This document shows positions 48,705-57,387 of a stretch of 64,000 nt of DNA, piece after piece. The number at the start of each line of letters is the position of its first letter. Within the stretch, counting starts at the first letter, position 1. This DNA comes from Alphaproteobacteria bacterium. GTDB lineage: Bacteria > Pseudomonadota > Alphaproteobacteria > RF32 > CAG-239. Position numbers and translations under genes: made by a program. Under the pieces are notes generated by a model. The model was not told where the DNA came from. It saw nothing but the letters and a program-made list of their open reading frames with translations, and searched no databases. Location of the stretch: assembly GCA_017460085.1 (NCBI GenBank), contig JAFUBQ010000004.1, positions 39,991-103,990 of the forward strand. Direction: 5' to 3'.

Positions 48705-49649
48705 ATGAAAGTTGGTATTGTGGGAGCCGGTTCTGTCGGCAGTGCTGCGGCATTTTCTTTAATTATGACAGGTGTTGCGCACAAAGTTATATTGATTGAT
48801 ATGAATGAAAGAAAAGCAATTGCCGAAGCAATGGATATTGCCCATGCGGCACCGTTTACTTCTGCTGGAAAAATTAAAGCCGGAAAATATGAAGACCTAG
48901 TAGGATGCGAAGTTGTTATTGTTACGGCCGGAGCTAATCAAAAACCGGGAGAAACTCGTATTGACTTATTGGGACGTAATGTTAAAATTTTTGAAAGCAT
49001 TATCCCGCAAATTGCCAAATATGCACCAAATTGCATATTATTAATTACAGCCAATCCGGCCGATATTATGGCTGAAGTTGCTCTTAAACTTTCCGGTTTT
49101 CCGAAAGAAAGAGTTATCGGGAGCGGCACAGTTTTAGATACATCTCGCTTCAGAACCTTATTGGCCTTTTATTTAGGGGTATCTGCAAAATCGGTTCATG
49201 CTGATGTTTTAGGTGAACATGGAGATAGCGAAGTTTTGATTTGGTCCAGCGCTGAGGCCGGTACATTGGCTTTAGAAGAATACGCTCAATCAGTTGGTAA
49301 AATTTTAGATGATGCCAAAAAAGCAGAAATTAATGACGGTGTTGTCAACGCGGCATATACAATTATTGAGGGGAAAGGTGCAACCTGCTACGGCATTGCC
49401 GGCGCTTTAACGCAAATTTGCCGCGCAATAAGCAATAATGATTATTCAATTTTAACCGTATCTTCGCATCATGACGAGGTTGAAGGTGTTAAAGATGTTT
49501 GTCTCTCTCTACCTACGGTTATAAATCGCCACGGCATTTTTCATGTAATTATGCCTAAATTATCGGCTGAAGAACATCAAAAATTGCAAACAAGTGCTGA
49601 GAAAATGAAAGATTTTTCTAAGCAGGCCTTGGCTCTGCTCAATAAATAG
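48705..49649 (+). CDS. ldh: L-lactate dehydrogenase
   Basis: 'VGIVGAGSVGSAAAF' NAD-binding motif. The substrate loop 'GANQKPGETRIDLL' has Gln, which specifies LDH rather than MDH. 'GEHGDS' holds the catalytic His. Confidence 0.85.
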   Translation: MKVGIVGAGSVGSAAAFSLIMTGVAHKVILIDMNERKAIAEAMDIAHAAPFTSAGKIKAGKYEDLVGCEVVIVTAGANQKPGETRIDLLGRNVKIFESIIPQIAKYAPNCILLITANPADIMAEVALKLSGFPKERVIGSGTVLDTSRFRTLLAFYLGVSAKSVHADVLGEHGDSEVLIWSSAEAGTLALEEYAQSVGKILDDAKKAEINDGVVNAAYTIIEGKGATCYGIAGALTQICRAISNNDYSILTVSSHHDEVEGVKDVCLSLPTVINRHGIFHVIMPKLSAEEHQKLQTSAEKMKDFSKQALALLNK

Positions 49650-49676
49650 TATCTTAGTTTCTATTTTGAAATATTT

Positions 49677-49711
49677 AAAACTTCCTGCACTAAACTTCAG
49701 GAAGTTTTTTT
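49677..49711 (+). terminator. Rho-independent terminator after ldh
   Basis: 'cttcctgcactaaacttcaggaag' hairpin followed by T7. Confidence 0.7.
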
Positions 49712-49900
49712 ATGATTCGAACGTAACACTACCTGCGTAAGCAGGTAGATGTAGATAATCCTAAATCTTCGCGCTATACTGCGGTTATGGAAGAAGTAAA
49801 GTATAGCAAACAACGCTATATAGAATATCAAGGACGCGAAGATTTAGGACAAGCTTGGCTTGACCTAAAATGATACCACCGGCGTAAGCCGGTGGAGTTT
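49712..49900. other. Highly structured palindromic element (candidate ncRNA or MITE-like repeat) in the ldh/lepA convergent spacer
   Basis: Two 8-bp-stem hairpins share a GTAA (GNRA) tetraloop: 49729-49748 'ctacctgcGTAAgcaggtag' and 49876-49895 'ccaccggcGTAAgccggtgg'. A 14-bp perfect inverted repeat (49760-49773 and 49835-49848) sits between them. Confidence 0.4.
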
Positions 49901-49993
49901 CATAAATCTTAAAAATTCAAAAATAAATTTACCTCGCTACGCTTAAGGGGGCTACATTTGAAAATTTTTACTCGTAATAAATATGCGTATTTT

Positions 49994-51796
49994 CTATTTA
50001 TCACCAATGCGCAATGCTTCAATGAATGCGCTCTGCGGAACTTCCACCTTACCGAATTGGCGCATCCGTTGTTTTCCCTTTTTCTGGTTATCCAACAATT
50101 TGCGCTTGCGCGTTACATCGCCACCGTAACATTTTGCCGTAACATCTTTACGCATTGGTGAAATTGTTTCGCGCGCCACAATACGCCCGCCAATGGCTGC
50201 CTGCAGCGGAATTTTAAATAAATGCCTCGGAATAAGGTCTTTTAAGCGCTCGCAAATTTGCCGTCCGCGCGCCTCTGCTTCACCGCGGTTACACAAAAAA
50301 GCCAACGCATCAACCGGTTCTTCATTAATTAAAATCTGCACCTTTACTAAATCTGCCGGTGCATAACCGATAAGTTCATAATTAAAACTGGCATAACCGC
50401 TGGAAATAGACTTCAAACGGTCATAAAAATCAAACACAATTTCGCTCAAAGGAATTTTATATACCACCATGGCGCGATTGCCGACGTAGGTTAAATCTTC
50501 CTGCTCACCGCGACGCTCGGTGCAAAGCTTTAATATTGAGCCTAAATATTCGTCCGGCACCATAATTGTGGCACGCACCATCGGTTCTTCAATACTTTTG
50601 ATGGTTGAGGGGTCAGGCATATCAGCCGGATTATGCAACACCATTTCTGTGCCGTTGCTTAAATAAATATTATATGCAACCGACGGCGCTGTGGTAATAA
50701 TATCCAAATCAAATTCGCGGCCGATTCTCTCTTGGATAATTTCCATATGCAACAACCCTAAAAAACCGCAGCGAAAGCCTAAACCCAAAGCTTGGGAATT
50801 TTCCGGCGAATAGTTGATGCTGGCATCATTGAGTTTCAGCTTAGCCAGTGCATCTTTTAAGGTATTATATTGGCTGCTGTCCACCGGAAAAATGGAGCAA
50901 AACACCACTGAAACCGAAGGCTTAAATCCGGCAAGAGCCACAGCACACGGATTTTTATTATCGGTTATTGTATCACCAATTTGGCAGTCTTCAACGCTTT
51001 TAATACTGGCGGTAATAAAACCCACTTCACCTGCGGAAAGTTGTTCCATATCGGTCATTTTCGGCGTAAATACACCAATGCGATCAATAGTATAATCTAA
51101 ACCGCTTGACATCATGCGAATGTTCTGTTTTTTGCGCAACACACCATCTTTTACACGCACTAAAATAATCACCCCTAAATACGAATCATACCAACTGTCA
51201 ATCAACAGAGCTTTGGTCGGAGCGTTAATATCGCCTGTTGGTGCTGGCAGTTTTTCCACCACTTGTTCCAAAAGCGCCGGAATTCCCGCACCGGTTTTGC
51301 CGGAAACTTCCACCGCATCAGTTGTATCAAGCCCGATAACATCTTCAATTTGCTGCTTTACTCGTGCCACATCGGCCGATGGTAAATCTATTTTATTCAG
51401 CGCGGTAATAATTTCATGGTCGCTGTCTAAAGCCAAATATACATTTGCCAGCGTTTGCGCTTCAACACCTTGTGTTGCATCAACCACCAAAATTGTGCCT
51501 TCACAAGAGGCAAGAGAACGCGACACTTCATACGTAAAATCCACATGCCCCGGAGTATCAATCATATTCAGCACATAAGTTTTACCATCTTTTGCCTTAT
51601 AATTAAGCCGCACCGTCTGCGCCTTAATGGTAATGCCGCGCTCACGCTCAATATCCATTGAATCAAGCACTTGTTCGGTCATTTCACGCTGCTGCAAACC
51701 ACCGCAGAATTCTATCATACGGTCGGCAATGGTCGATTTTCCGTGGTCAATATGCGCCACAATGGCAAAATTGCGTATTAAACTTAAATCTGTCAT
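49994..51796 (-). CDS. lepA: Elongation factor 4 (LepA)
   Basis: '[18 protein letters not shown]' G1 motif and a LepA C-terminal domain. Start chosen at '[10 protein letters not shown]'; the ORF track starts 7 codons earlier. Confidence 0.95.
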   Translation of the reverse strand: MTDLSLIRNFAIVAHIDHGKSTIADRMIEFCGGLQQREMTEQVLDSMDIERERGITIKAQTVRLNYKAKDGKTYVLNMIDTPGHVDFTYEVSRSLASCEGTILVVDATQGVEAQTLANVYLALDSDHEIITALNKIDLPSADVARVKQQIEDVIGLDTTDAVEVSGKTGAGIPALLEQVVEKLPAPTGDINAPTKALLIDSWYDSYLGVIILVRVKDGVLRKKQNIRMMSSGLDYTIDRIGVFTPKMTDMEQLSAGEVGFITASIKSVEDCQIGDTITDNKNPCAVALAGFKPSVSVVFCSIFPVDSSQYNTLKDALAKLKLNDASINYSPENSQALGLGFRCGFLGLLHMEIIQERIGREFDLDIITTAPSVAYNIYLSNGTEMVLHNPADMPDPSTIKSIEEPMVRATIMVPDEYLGSILKLCTERRGEQEDLTYVGNRAMVVYKIPLSEIVFDFYDRLKSISSGYASFNYELIGYAPADLVKVQILINEEPVDALAFLCNRGEAEARGRQICERLKDLIPRHLFKIPLQAAIGGRIVARETISPMRKDVTAKCYGGDVTRKRKLLDNQKKGKQRMRQFGKVEVPQSAFIEALRIGDK

Positions 51797-51904
51797 ATTT
51801 TCTCCTCTGTTTTGCATAACATAATTGATTTTTTTCTCTTTCGCAACACTTATTGCTCTTATATGTTATTAATTTACTTAGCCTATATGTTCATAAAAAC
51901 AGCT

Positions 51905-51931
51905 TGATTTTTGTGATGTTATCGATATAAT
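51905..51931 (+). promoter_or_regulatory. Putative sigma-70 promoter of the hydrogenase-like gene
   Basis: 'TTGATT' -35 (51905-51910) and a perfect 'TATAAT' -10 (51926-51931) with a 15-nt spacer. The -10 overlaps the ORF-track ATG, so I place the start at 51972. Confidence 0.3.
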
Positions 51932-51971
51932 GACCGCAATTTTAAAATATAAAGAAAGGACTGTTTATAAT

Positions 51972-53414
51972 ATGCTGAATCCGAAAAACAATGCGGCATC
52001 AATGCGTTATACCGTATCATTAAATGTGGCTAGAAGTTTTATAAAAAATAATTTAGAAAATATAGATGATTTGCCGAATATTATTGTGCCTGATGATACT
52101 CCTGCTAAACGCGGGTCTTTAGGACGCGACAGATTGGTTGTTAAAGCTCAATGCGCAGCTGCAATGGGATATACGCCAAGCTGGTTAGATGCAGATTATG
52201 AGCTTGCGGCCTTAGCACAAGAAGCTTTAAAGCGCACCGCACCGCTGAAAGCAACCGTTTCGGTCATTAAAGAAGCATGCAATGCTTGCATATCTAAGCG
52301 CTATGTTGTTAGTGATCAGTGTCAAACCTGCTATGCACGTCCTTGCGAAGTTAATTGTCCGAAAAAAGCAATTAATGTAACCGATAAAGCACACATTAAC
52401 CAAGATTTATGCATAAAATGCGGAATTTGTTACAATAATTGTCCGTATCAAGCCATTCATAAAGACCATGCGCCGTGTGAAGATGCTTGTCCGGTAGGCG
52501 CTTTAGCCAAAGACAGCAGCGGACGGGAATATATTGACCAAGATAAATGTATTTCTTGCGGTAAATGTATTTTATCGTGTCCTTTTGGGGCAATTGTTCA
52601 TAATTCGCAAATGTTTGATGTTTTAAATGTTTTGAAAAACAGCCCTAAGAAAAAAGTGGCTATGCTGGCACCGGCTGTTATCGGACAATTCGGTAATGAT
52701 ATAGGCAAAGTTATTACGGCGTTTAAAAAACTGGGGTTTGATGAGGTTGTGGAAGTGGCGCAAGGTGCCGATGTGACCACAAAAACCGAAGCTGCAGAAT
52801 TTATTGAACGTATGGAAAAAGGCGCACCATTTATGACAACTTCGTGCTGTCCGGCGTGGGTGGCTGCTGCTGAAAAACATATTCCGGAAATTAAGCCGTT
52901 TTTATCAACGGCAGGAAGTCCGATGTATTACATTGCGGAAATTGTAAAAAAGCAAAATCCGGATTGTATTGCGGTGTTTATTGGGCCGTGTTTGGCTAAA
53001 CGCTTGGAGGCTGAACGTAATCCAAATGTTGATTATGTGTTGGTATTTGAAGAAGCGCAGGCAATGCTTGATGCTGCTGAAATTAAGGTATCAGAAATGG
53101 ATAGCGAAACATTTGCCGTTACGGCATCAGCACAAGGTCGTCGTTATCCGGTTTCAGGCGGAGTTGCCGGTGCAGTAGCATATGTAATTGGCGATAAAGC
53201 AGCCTATAAACCGGAGAAAATAGACGGCTTAAATCCGGAAGCAATTAAAAAACTGAAACGTTACGCGACTGTTCCTCCTGCAGAATATAATATGGTGGAA
53301 GTTATGTGTTGCGAAGGCGGATGCGTGGGCGGTCCGGGGGCAACATGCATGGCAAAAAAAGCAGCAATGATGGTTGAAAATTATGTTAAAACAAGTCCGG
53401 ATATAGAGAAATAA
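51972..53414 (+). CDS. [FeFe]-hydrogenase-like protein (H-cluster domain with N-terminal 4Fe-4S ferredoxin domains)
   Basis: Several CxxCxxCxxxCP ferredoxin motifs ('CIKCGICYNNCP', 'CISCGKCILSCP'). H-cluster signatures are L1 'TSCCPAW', L2 'GPCLAKRLE' (PCxxKxxE) and L3 'EVMCCEGGCVGGPG' (ExMxCxxGCxxG). The RBS 'aaagaaagga' lies 11 nt before the ATG at 51972. Confidence 0.7.
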   Translation: MLNPKNNAASMRYTVSLNVARSFIKNNLENIDDLPNIIVPDDTPAKRGSLGRDRLVVKAQCAAAMGYTPSWLDADYELAALAQEALKRTAPLKATVSVIKEACNACISKRYVVSDQCQTCYARPCEVNCPKKAINVTDKAHINQDLCIKCGICYNNCPYQAIHKDHAPCEDACPVGALAKDSSGREYIDQDKCISCGKCILSCPFGAIVHNSQMFDVLNVLKNSPKKKVAMLAPAVIGQFGNDIGKVITAFKKLGFDEVVEVAQGADVTTKTEAAEFIERMEKGAPFMTTSCCPAWVAAAEKHIPEIKPFLSTAGSPMYYIAEIVKKQNPDCIAVFIGPCLAKRLEAERNPNVDYVLVFEEAQAMLDAAEIKVSEMDSETFAVTASAQGRRYPVSGGVAGAVAYVIGDKAAYKPEKIDGLNPEAIKKLKRYATVPPAEYNMVEVMCCEGGCVGGPGATCMAKKAAMMVENYVKTSPDIEK

Positions 53415-53415
53415 T

Positions 53416-54744
53416 ATGGAAAAAATAAATTCATATAAACTGGCAGAAATTTTAGGCTGCTCAAAAATAAATTTAACAAATACAGATATTGATAATGTTT
53501 CAACCGATAGCCGAAATGTTAGTTCGACAACATTGTTTATTGCTTTGAAGGGAGAGCGGTTTGATGCGCATGACTTTGTAGCTGATGTTATAGCTAAAGG
53601 CTGCCCACTTGTTATAGTTAACCGTTTGGTCGAAGGTGTACCGGCAGAAAAGCAATTGGTTGTAGATGATACTTTGAAAGCCTATGGCAAAATCGGTGCT
53701 TATAACCGCAGCCGCTATAAAGGAACGGTTATCGGTTTAACCGGAAGCGCCGGCAAAACTACCACCAAAGAAGAAATTGCCTTTTTGTTACGTCAATTTG
53801 CCAGCGTTTATGCGACCGGCGGCAATCATAATAATTTTATTGGTGTTCCGCAAAGTTTGTGCGAAATTGATATGAACAGCCGGTATGCTGTTATTGAAAT
53901 GGGTATGAGCGCTAAAGGCGAAATTTCTTACTTAACCAATTTGGTTAAGCCAGATATTGCGATAATTACCAATGTGTATCCGATGCATATAGAGTTTTTT
54001 GAGAACTTTGAAGGTATTGCGCGTGCCAAGGCAGAAATTTTTGAGGGTTTACCGCAAAATGGCGGAGTGGCAATTATAAATGCCGATACTAACTTTACTG
54101 ATATTTTACAACAATGCGCAAATGAACACGGGGCTAAAATTATGTTATTCGGTAAAAATTATCAGCCGAATGCAAAGTTTACAACTCAAGAACAAGGCGA
54201 ACAATATCAATATAATGCTTGGTGCGCCTTAAAAGTTGTGGAAGCACTGGATTTAGATGTGGTTAAAGCAGCAACTTATATTAAAGATTTCGGCGCTTTA
54301 GACGGTCGCGGCAAACAACATACTTTAAAACTGCCAAATGGCGGGATATATACTTTGATTGACGACAGCTATTCCGGTCAGCCTGAAGCCATGAAGCTGG
54401 CTATAAAATCACTGGCGGCGGCAAAATGTGACGGACGCAAAGTTGTTGTTTTAGGTAAAATGGCTGAGCTTGGCAATACTTCTTTGGCGCAACATAAAGA
54501 TGTTGGTAAACTTTTAGCACAGACCGATATAGATATTGTTGTCGGTGTGTGTCCGGAAATGAAAGATATGTTGGCAGAGTTACCGGCAGATAAAACTCAA
54601 TATTATTTTGAAAATAAAGATGGTTTGGCGCAGTTTTTATTAAATAAACTCTTGCAAAACGGCGATAAAGTTCTTATAAAAGGAGCAAGATATTCATCAA
54701 AACTGTATCAAGTGACTGATGAATTGTTGAAACTAGGAGAATAA
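53416..54744 (+). CDS. murF: UDP-N-acetylmuramoyl-tripeptide--D-alanyl-D-alanine ligase
   Basis: '[13 protein letters not shown]' Mur ligase P-loop, 442 aa, three-domain Mur ligase layout. Confidence 0.85.
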   Translation: MEKINSYKLAEILGCSKINLTNTDIDNVSTDSRNVSSTTLFIALKGERFDAHDFVADVIAKGCPLVIVNRLVEGVPAEKQLVVDDTLKAYGKIGAYNRSRYKGTVIGLTGSAGKTTTKEEIAFLLRQFASVYATGGNHNNFIGVPQSLCEIDMNSRYAVIEMGMSAKGEISYLTNLVKPDIAIITNVYPMHIEFFENFEGIARAKAEIFEGLPQNGGVAIINADTNFTDILQQCANEHGAKIMLFGKNYQPNAKFTTQEQGEQYQYNAWCALKVVEALDLDVVKAATYIKDFGALDGRGKQHTLKLPNGGIYTLIDDSYSGQPEAMKLAIKSLAAAKCDGRKVVVLGKMAELGNTSLAQHKDVGKLLAQTDIDIVVGVCPEMKDMLAELPADKTQYYFENKDGLAQFLLNKLLQNGDKVLIKGARYSSKLYQVTDELLKLGE

Positions 54745-54748
54745 GCAT

Positions 54749-55237
54749 ATGAAATGTCCGTTTTGCGGCTGTGAAGAAACACAAGTTAAAGATTCGCGCA
54801 ATACTGATGATAATTCAGCGGTTCGGCGCCGGAGAGAATGTCCGGAATGCGGTTCGCGTTTTACCACTTTTGAACGCGTGCAACTGCGTGAGCTGGTGGT
54901 TGTTAAACGTAATGGTGAACGCACACTTTTTGACCGTGATAAACTGGAACGTTCAATTACCTTAGCTGTGCGTAAACGCCCGATTTCGGCTGAAAGAGTA
55001 GAAAAAATTGTTAATTCACTGCAGCGTAAATTTGAAAGCTCCGGCGAAACCGAAATCAGCACCAAACAAATTGGCGAAAGTGTAATGGAAGCTTTATCTC
55101 ATTTAGATAATATTGCCTATATCCGTTTTGCTTCGGTTTATAAAGATTTTCGCAGTTTGCAAGATTTGAATGATTTTGTGGCAACAATCGAAATGCTGGC
55201 AGCACCGAATACACATAAAAATATAGAGGAAGATTAA
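54749..55237 (+). CDS. nrdR: Transcriptional repressor NrdR
   Basis: '[17 protein letters not shown]...[13 protein letters not shown]' zinc ribbon followed by an ATP-cone. Confidence 0.9.
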   Translation: MKCPFCGCEETQVKDSRNTDDNSAVRRRRECPECGSRFTTFERVQLRELVVVKRNGERTLFDRDKLERSITLAVRKRPISAERVEKIVNSLQRKFESSGETEISTKQIGESVMEALSHLDNIAYIRFASVYKDFRSLQDLNDFVATIEMLAAPNTHKNIEED

Positions 55238-55238
55238 G

Positions 55239-55730
55239 ATGACGAAATTTGTATCCCCGAAAATTAAAATGAAATCAGGCGCAAGATTGGCAGCAGTACA
55301 GGCAAATTATATGATTGCGTTCAGCGGTTTACCGGTTGATGTGGTGGTTGAAGATTTTGTGCAAGGCAAAGTCGGTCGTGAGGCCATTGATAATACGGCA
55401 GATGAAACGCAAGAAACATTTGTGGAACTCGGCCCGATTGACACGGCTTATTTTGAAGAACTGGTACGCGGAACACAAGCTCGTAAAGAAGATTTGGAAA
55501 AATCGCTTAATTTGTTTTTGCACGGTGAATGGGCTTATGAAAAAATGAATGGCACTATGCAAGCTCTGCTTCTAAGTGCGGTTTATGAATTAACGACGAA
55601 CTACAGCGTTGATACAAAAGTGCTCATTCAAGAATATGTTGATTTAGCTTATGCTTTTTTCACAAAGAATGAGCCGAAGATGGTTAATGCTTTGCTTGAC
55701 CAAATTGCCCATGCAGTGCGGAAAGGATAG
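55239..55730 (+). CDS. nusB: Transcription antitermination factor NusB
   Basis: 'ARLAAVQANYM' NusB N-terminus, about 160 aa all-helical. The start may be the internal Met at 'MKSGARL'. Confidence 0.8.
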   Translation: MTKFVSPKIKMKSGARLAAVQANYMIAFSGLPVDVVVEDFVQGKVGREAIDNTADETQETFVELGPIDTAYFEELVRGTQARKEDLEKSLNLFLHGEWAYEKMNGTMQALLLSAVYELTTNYSVDTKVLIQEYVDLAYAFFTKNEPKMVNALLDQIAHAVRKG

Positions 55731-55733
55731 CAT

Positions 55734-56264
55734 ATGAGCAAACTAAAGTTATATGAATATCCGGAGCCGATTTTACGTAAAAAGTGTATAAAAGTTGATA
55801 AAGTTGATGATGAGCTGCGCCGTTTTCTAGATAATATGCTGGAAACCATGTATGCCGATAAGGGCTGTGGATTAGCAGCACCACAAGTTGGCTGCACGCA
55901 AAGAATAATTGTGGTCGATCCAAACCCAAGTGATGAAGACTTAAGCGCACGCCGACCAATGCATTTGATTAATCCGGAAATTATATGGCATTCAGAAGAA
56001 ACTGTTTTGTTTAACGAAGGTTGTTTGTCGCTACCGGACCAACGCGCCGAGGTTGAGCGTTTTGAAAAAGTACGTGTTCATTACACAGATTATAATGATA
56101 ATGAACAGGAAATTTTGGCTGATGATTTATTAGCCATTATTATGCAGCACGAAATTGACCATCTGGACGGCATTTTATATATTGACCATTTAAGCCGCTT
56201 AAAACGCTCGCGTTTGCTGGATAAGTTAAAAAAATATCGTAATGAATGCAAAAAATCTAAGTAA
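55734..56264 (+). CDS. def: Peptide deformylase
   Basis: 'GCGLAAPQVG', 'EGCLS' and 'HEIDHLDG' motifs. Confidence 0.9.
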   Translation: MSKLKLYEYPEPILRKKCIKVDKVDDELRRFLDNMLETMYADKGCGLAAPQVGCTQRIIVVDPNPSDEDLSARRPMHLINPEIIWHSEETVLFNEGCLSLPDQRAEVERFEKVRVHYTDYNDNEQEILADDLLAIIMQHEIDHLDGILYIDHLSRLKRSRLLDKLKKYRNECKKSK

Positions 56265-56334
56265 GGTAAAAAATATAGCCTTATCTTAAAAAATGTAATA
56301 CACACTCACCATTTTAGTATGTATAGTAAATTTT

Positions 56335-57384
56335 CTATTTTTTATTTTTCACCAAGCTATACATTGCCAAAGTATAACGCAGCAGTTTCCAATGTTTTTT
56401 TAAATACAAATCATATATAAAACGTTGGAACGGTGACAGCATATTAATTTTAAAATACCCATCTTCAATTAATTTTTTGCAAATTGGCAAATAGTGCGCC
56501 CAATATTCCTCGCATTCTTTATATACGCGAAAATACGGATATGTGCAAGTGTAGCGATAAACGACCGGAATAATTCGCTTTTGCAAAGAAACAACATCTT
56601 CATGAGGTTCATAGCTTTGTAGAATATTCATACAATCTACTAGTAAGGAAATATGTGAATCGACAGCATTATATGATAATTTTTGATGGCTGGCACTGTT
56701 GCTGCTTTGCCGATAGGCAATAAGAGGCGTGTTAATAAATGCTGATTTTGGATTTTTTGCAAAAATTTTAACAGCATAATTATAGTCTTCTGCCATATTT
56801 TTATAATCATTTGAAAAAAATAATTTATCTAAAATTTTAGCTTTATATACTTTATCCCATACCAAAATTGTAGCTTTAGGTTTAAGGCGCATGGCAAATT
56901 GTCTTAAAATATTTAAGCATTCACCTATTTGCGGAATATAATCATAAAATTTTCTTACACCTAAACCATCTGTTTCTCTACAGTCTTCATATTGACACCA
57001 TACTACATCGGCATTTTGTGTTTGCATTGCTTGTAGCATAAACTCCAAAAACTGCGGATACCACAAATCATCAGCATCTAGAAAGGTAATGTACTCTCCT
57101 GCTGCTTTTTTTAATCCGTCATTTCGTGCAGCAGAAACACCTCCGTTTTTTTTATCTATAATCTTAAAGCGCGCATCTTTTTGAGCATATTTTTGTAATA
57201 TATCAAGTGAATTATCGGTAGAACCATCATTAACCAATATGGCTTCCCAATTTTCATATGTTTGTTCAAGCACACTGTCTAATGTTTGCGCCACAAAGCG
57301 TTCTGCATTATACACAGGTATAATAACGGAAATCAAATCATTATTTTTCATATTTTTTTCAGACATATTTTTTCCTTTGCTCAT
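56335..57384 (-). CDS. Family 2 glycosyltransferase
   Basis: 'ISVIIPVYNAERFVAQTLDSVLEQTY' and 'LDADD' (DxD) GT-A motifs. Singleton, AT-rich. Confidence 0.8.
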   Translation of the reverse strand: MSKGKNMSEKNMKNNDLISVIIPVYNAERFVAQTLDSVLEQTYENWEAILVNDGSTDNSLDILQKYAQKDARFKIIDKKNGGVSAARNDGLKKAAGEYITFLDADDLWYPQFLEFMLQAMQTQNADVVWCQYEDCRETDGLGVRKFYDYIPQIGECLNILRQFAMRLKPKATILVWDKVYKAKILDKLFFSNDYKNMAEDYNYAVKIFAKNPKSAFINTPLIAYRQSSNSASHQKLSYNAVDSHISLLVDCMNILQSYEPHEDVVSLQKRIIPVVYRYTCTYPYFRVYKECEEYWAHYLPICKKLIEDGYFKINMLSPFQRFIYDLYLKKHWKLLRYTLAMYSLVKNKK

Positions 57385-57387
57385 TAT

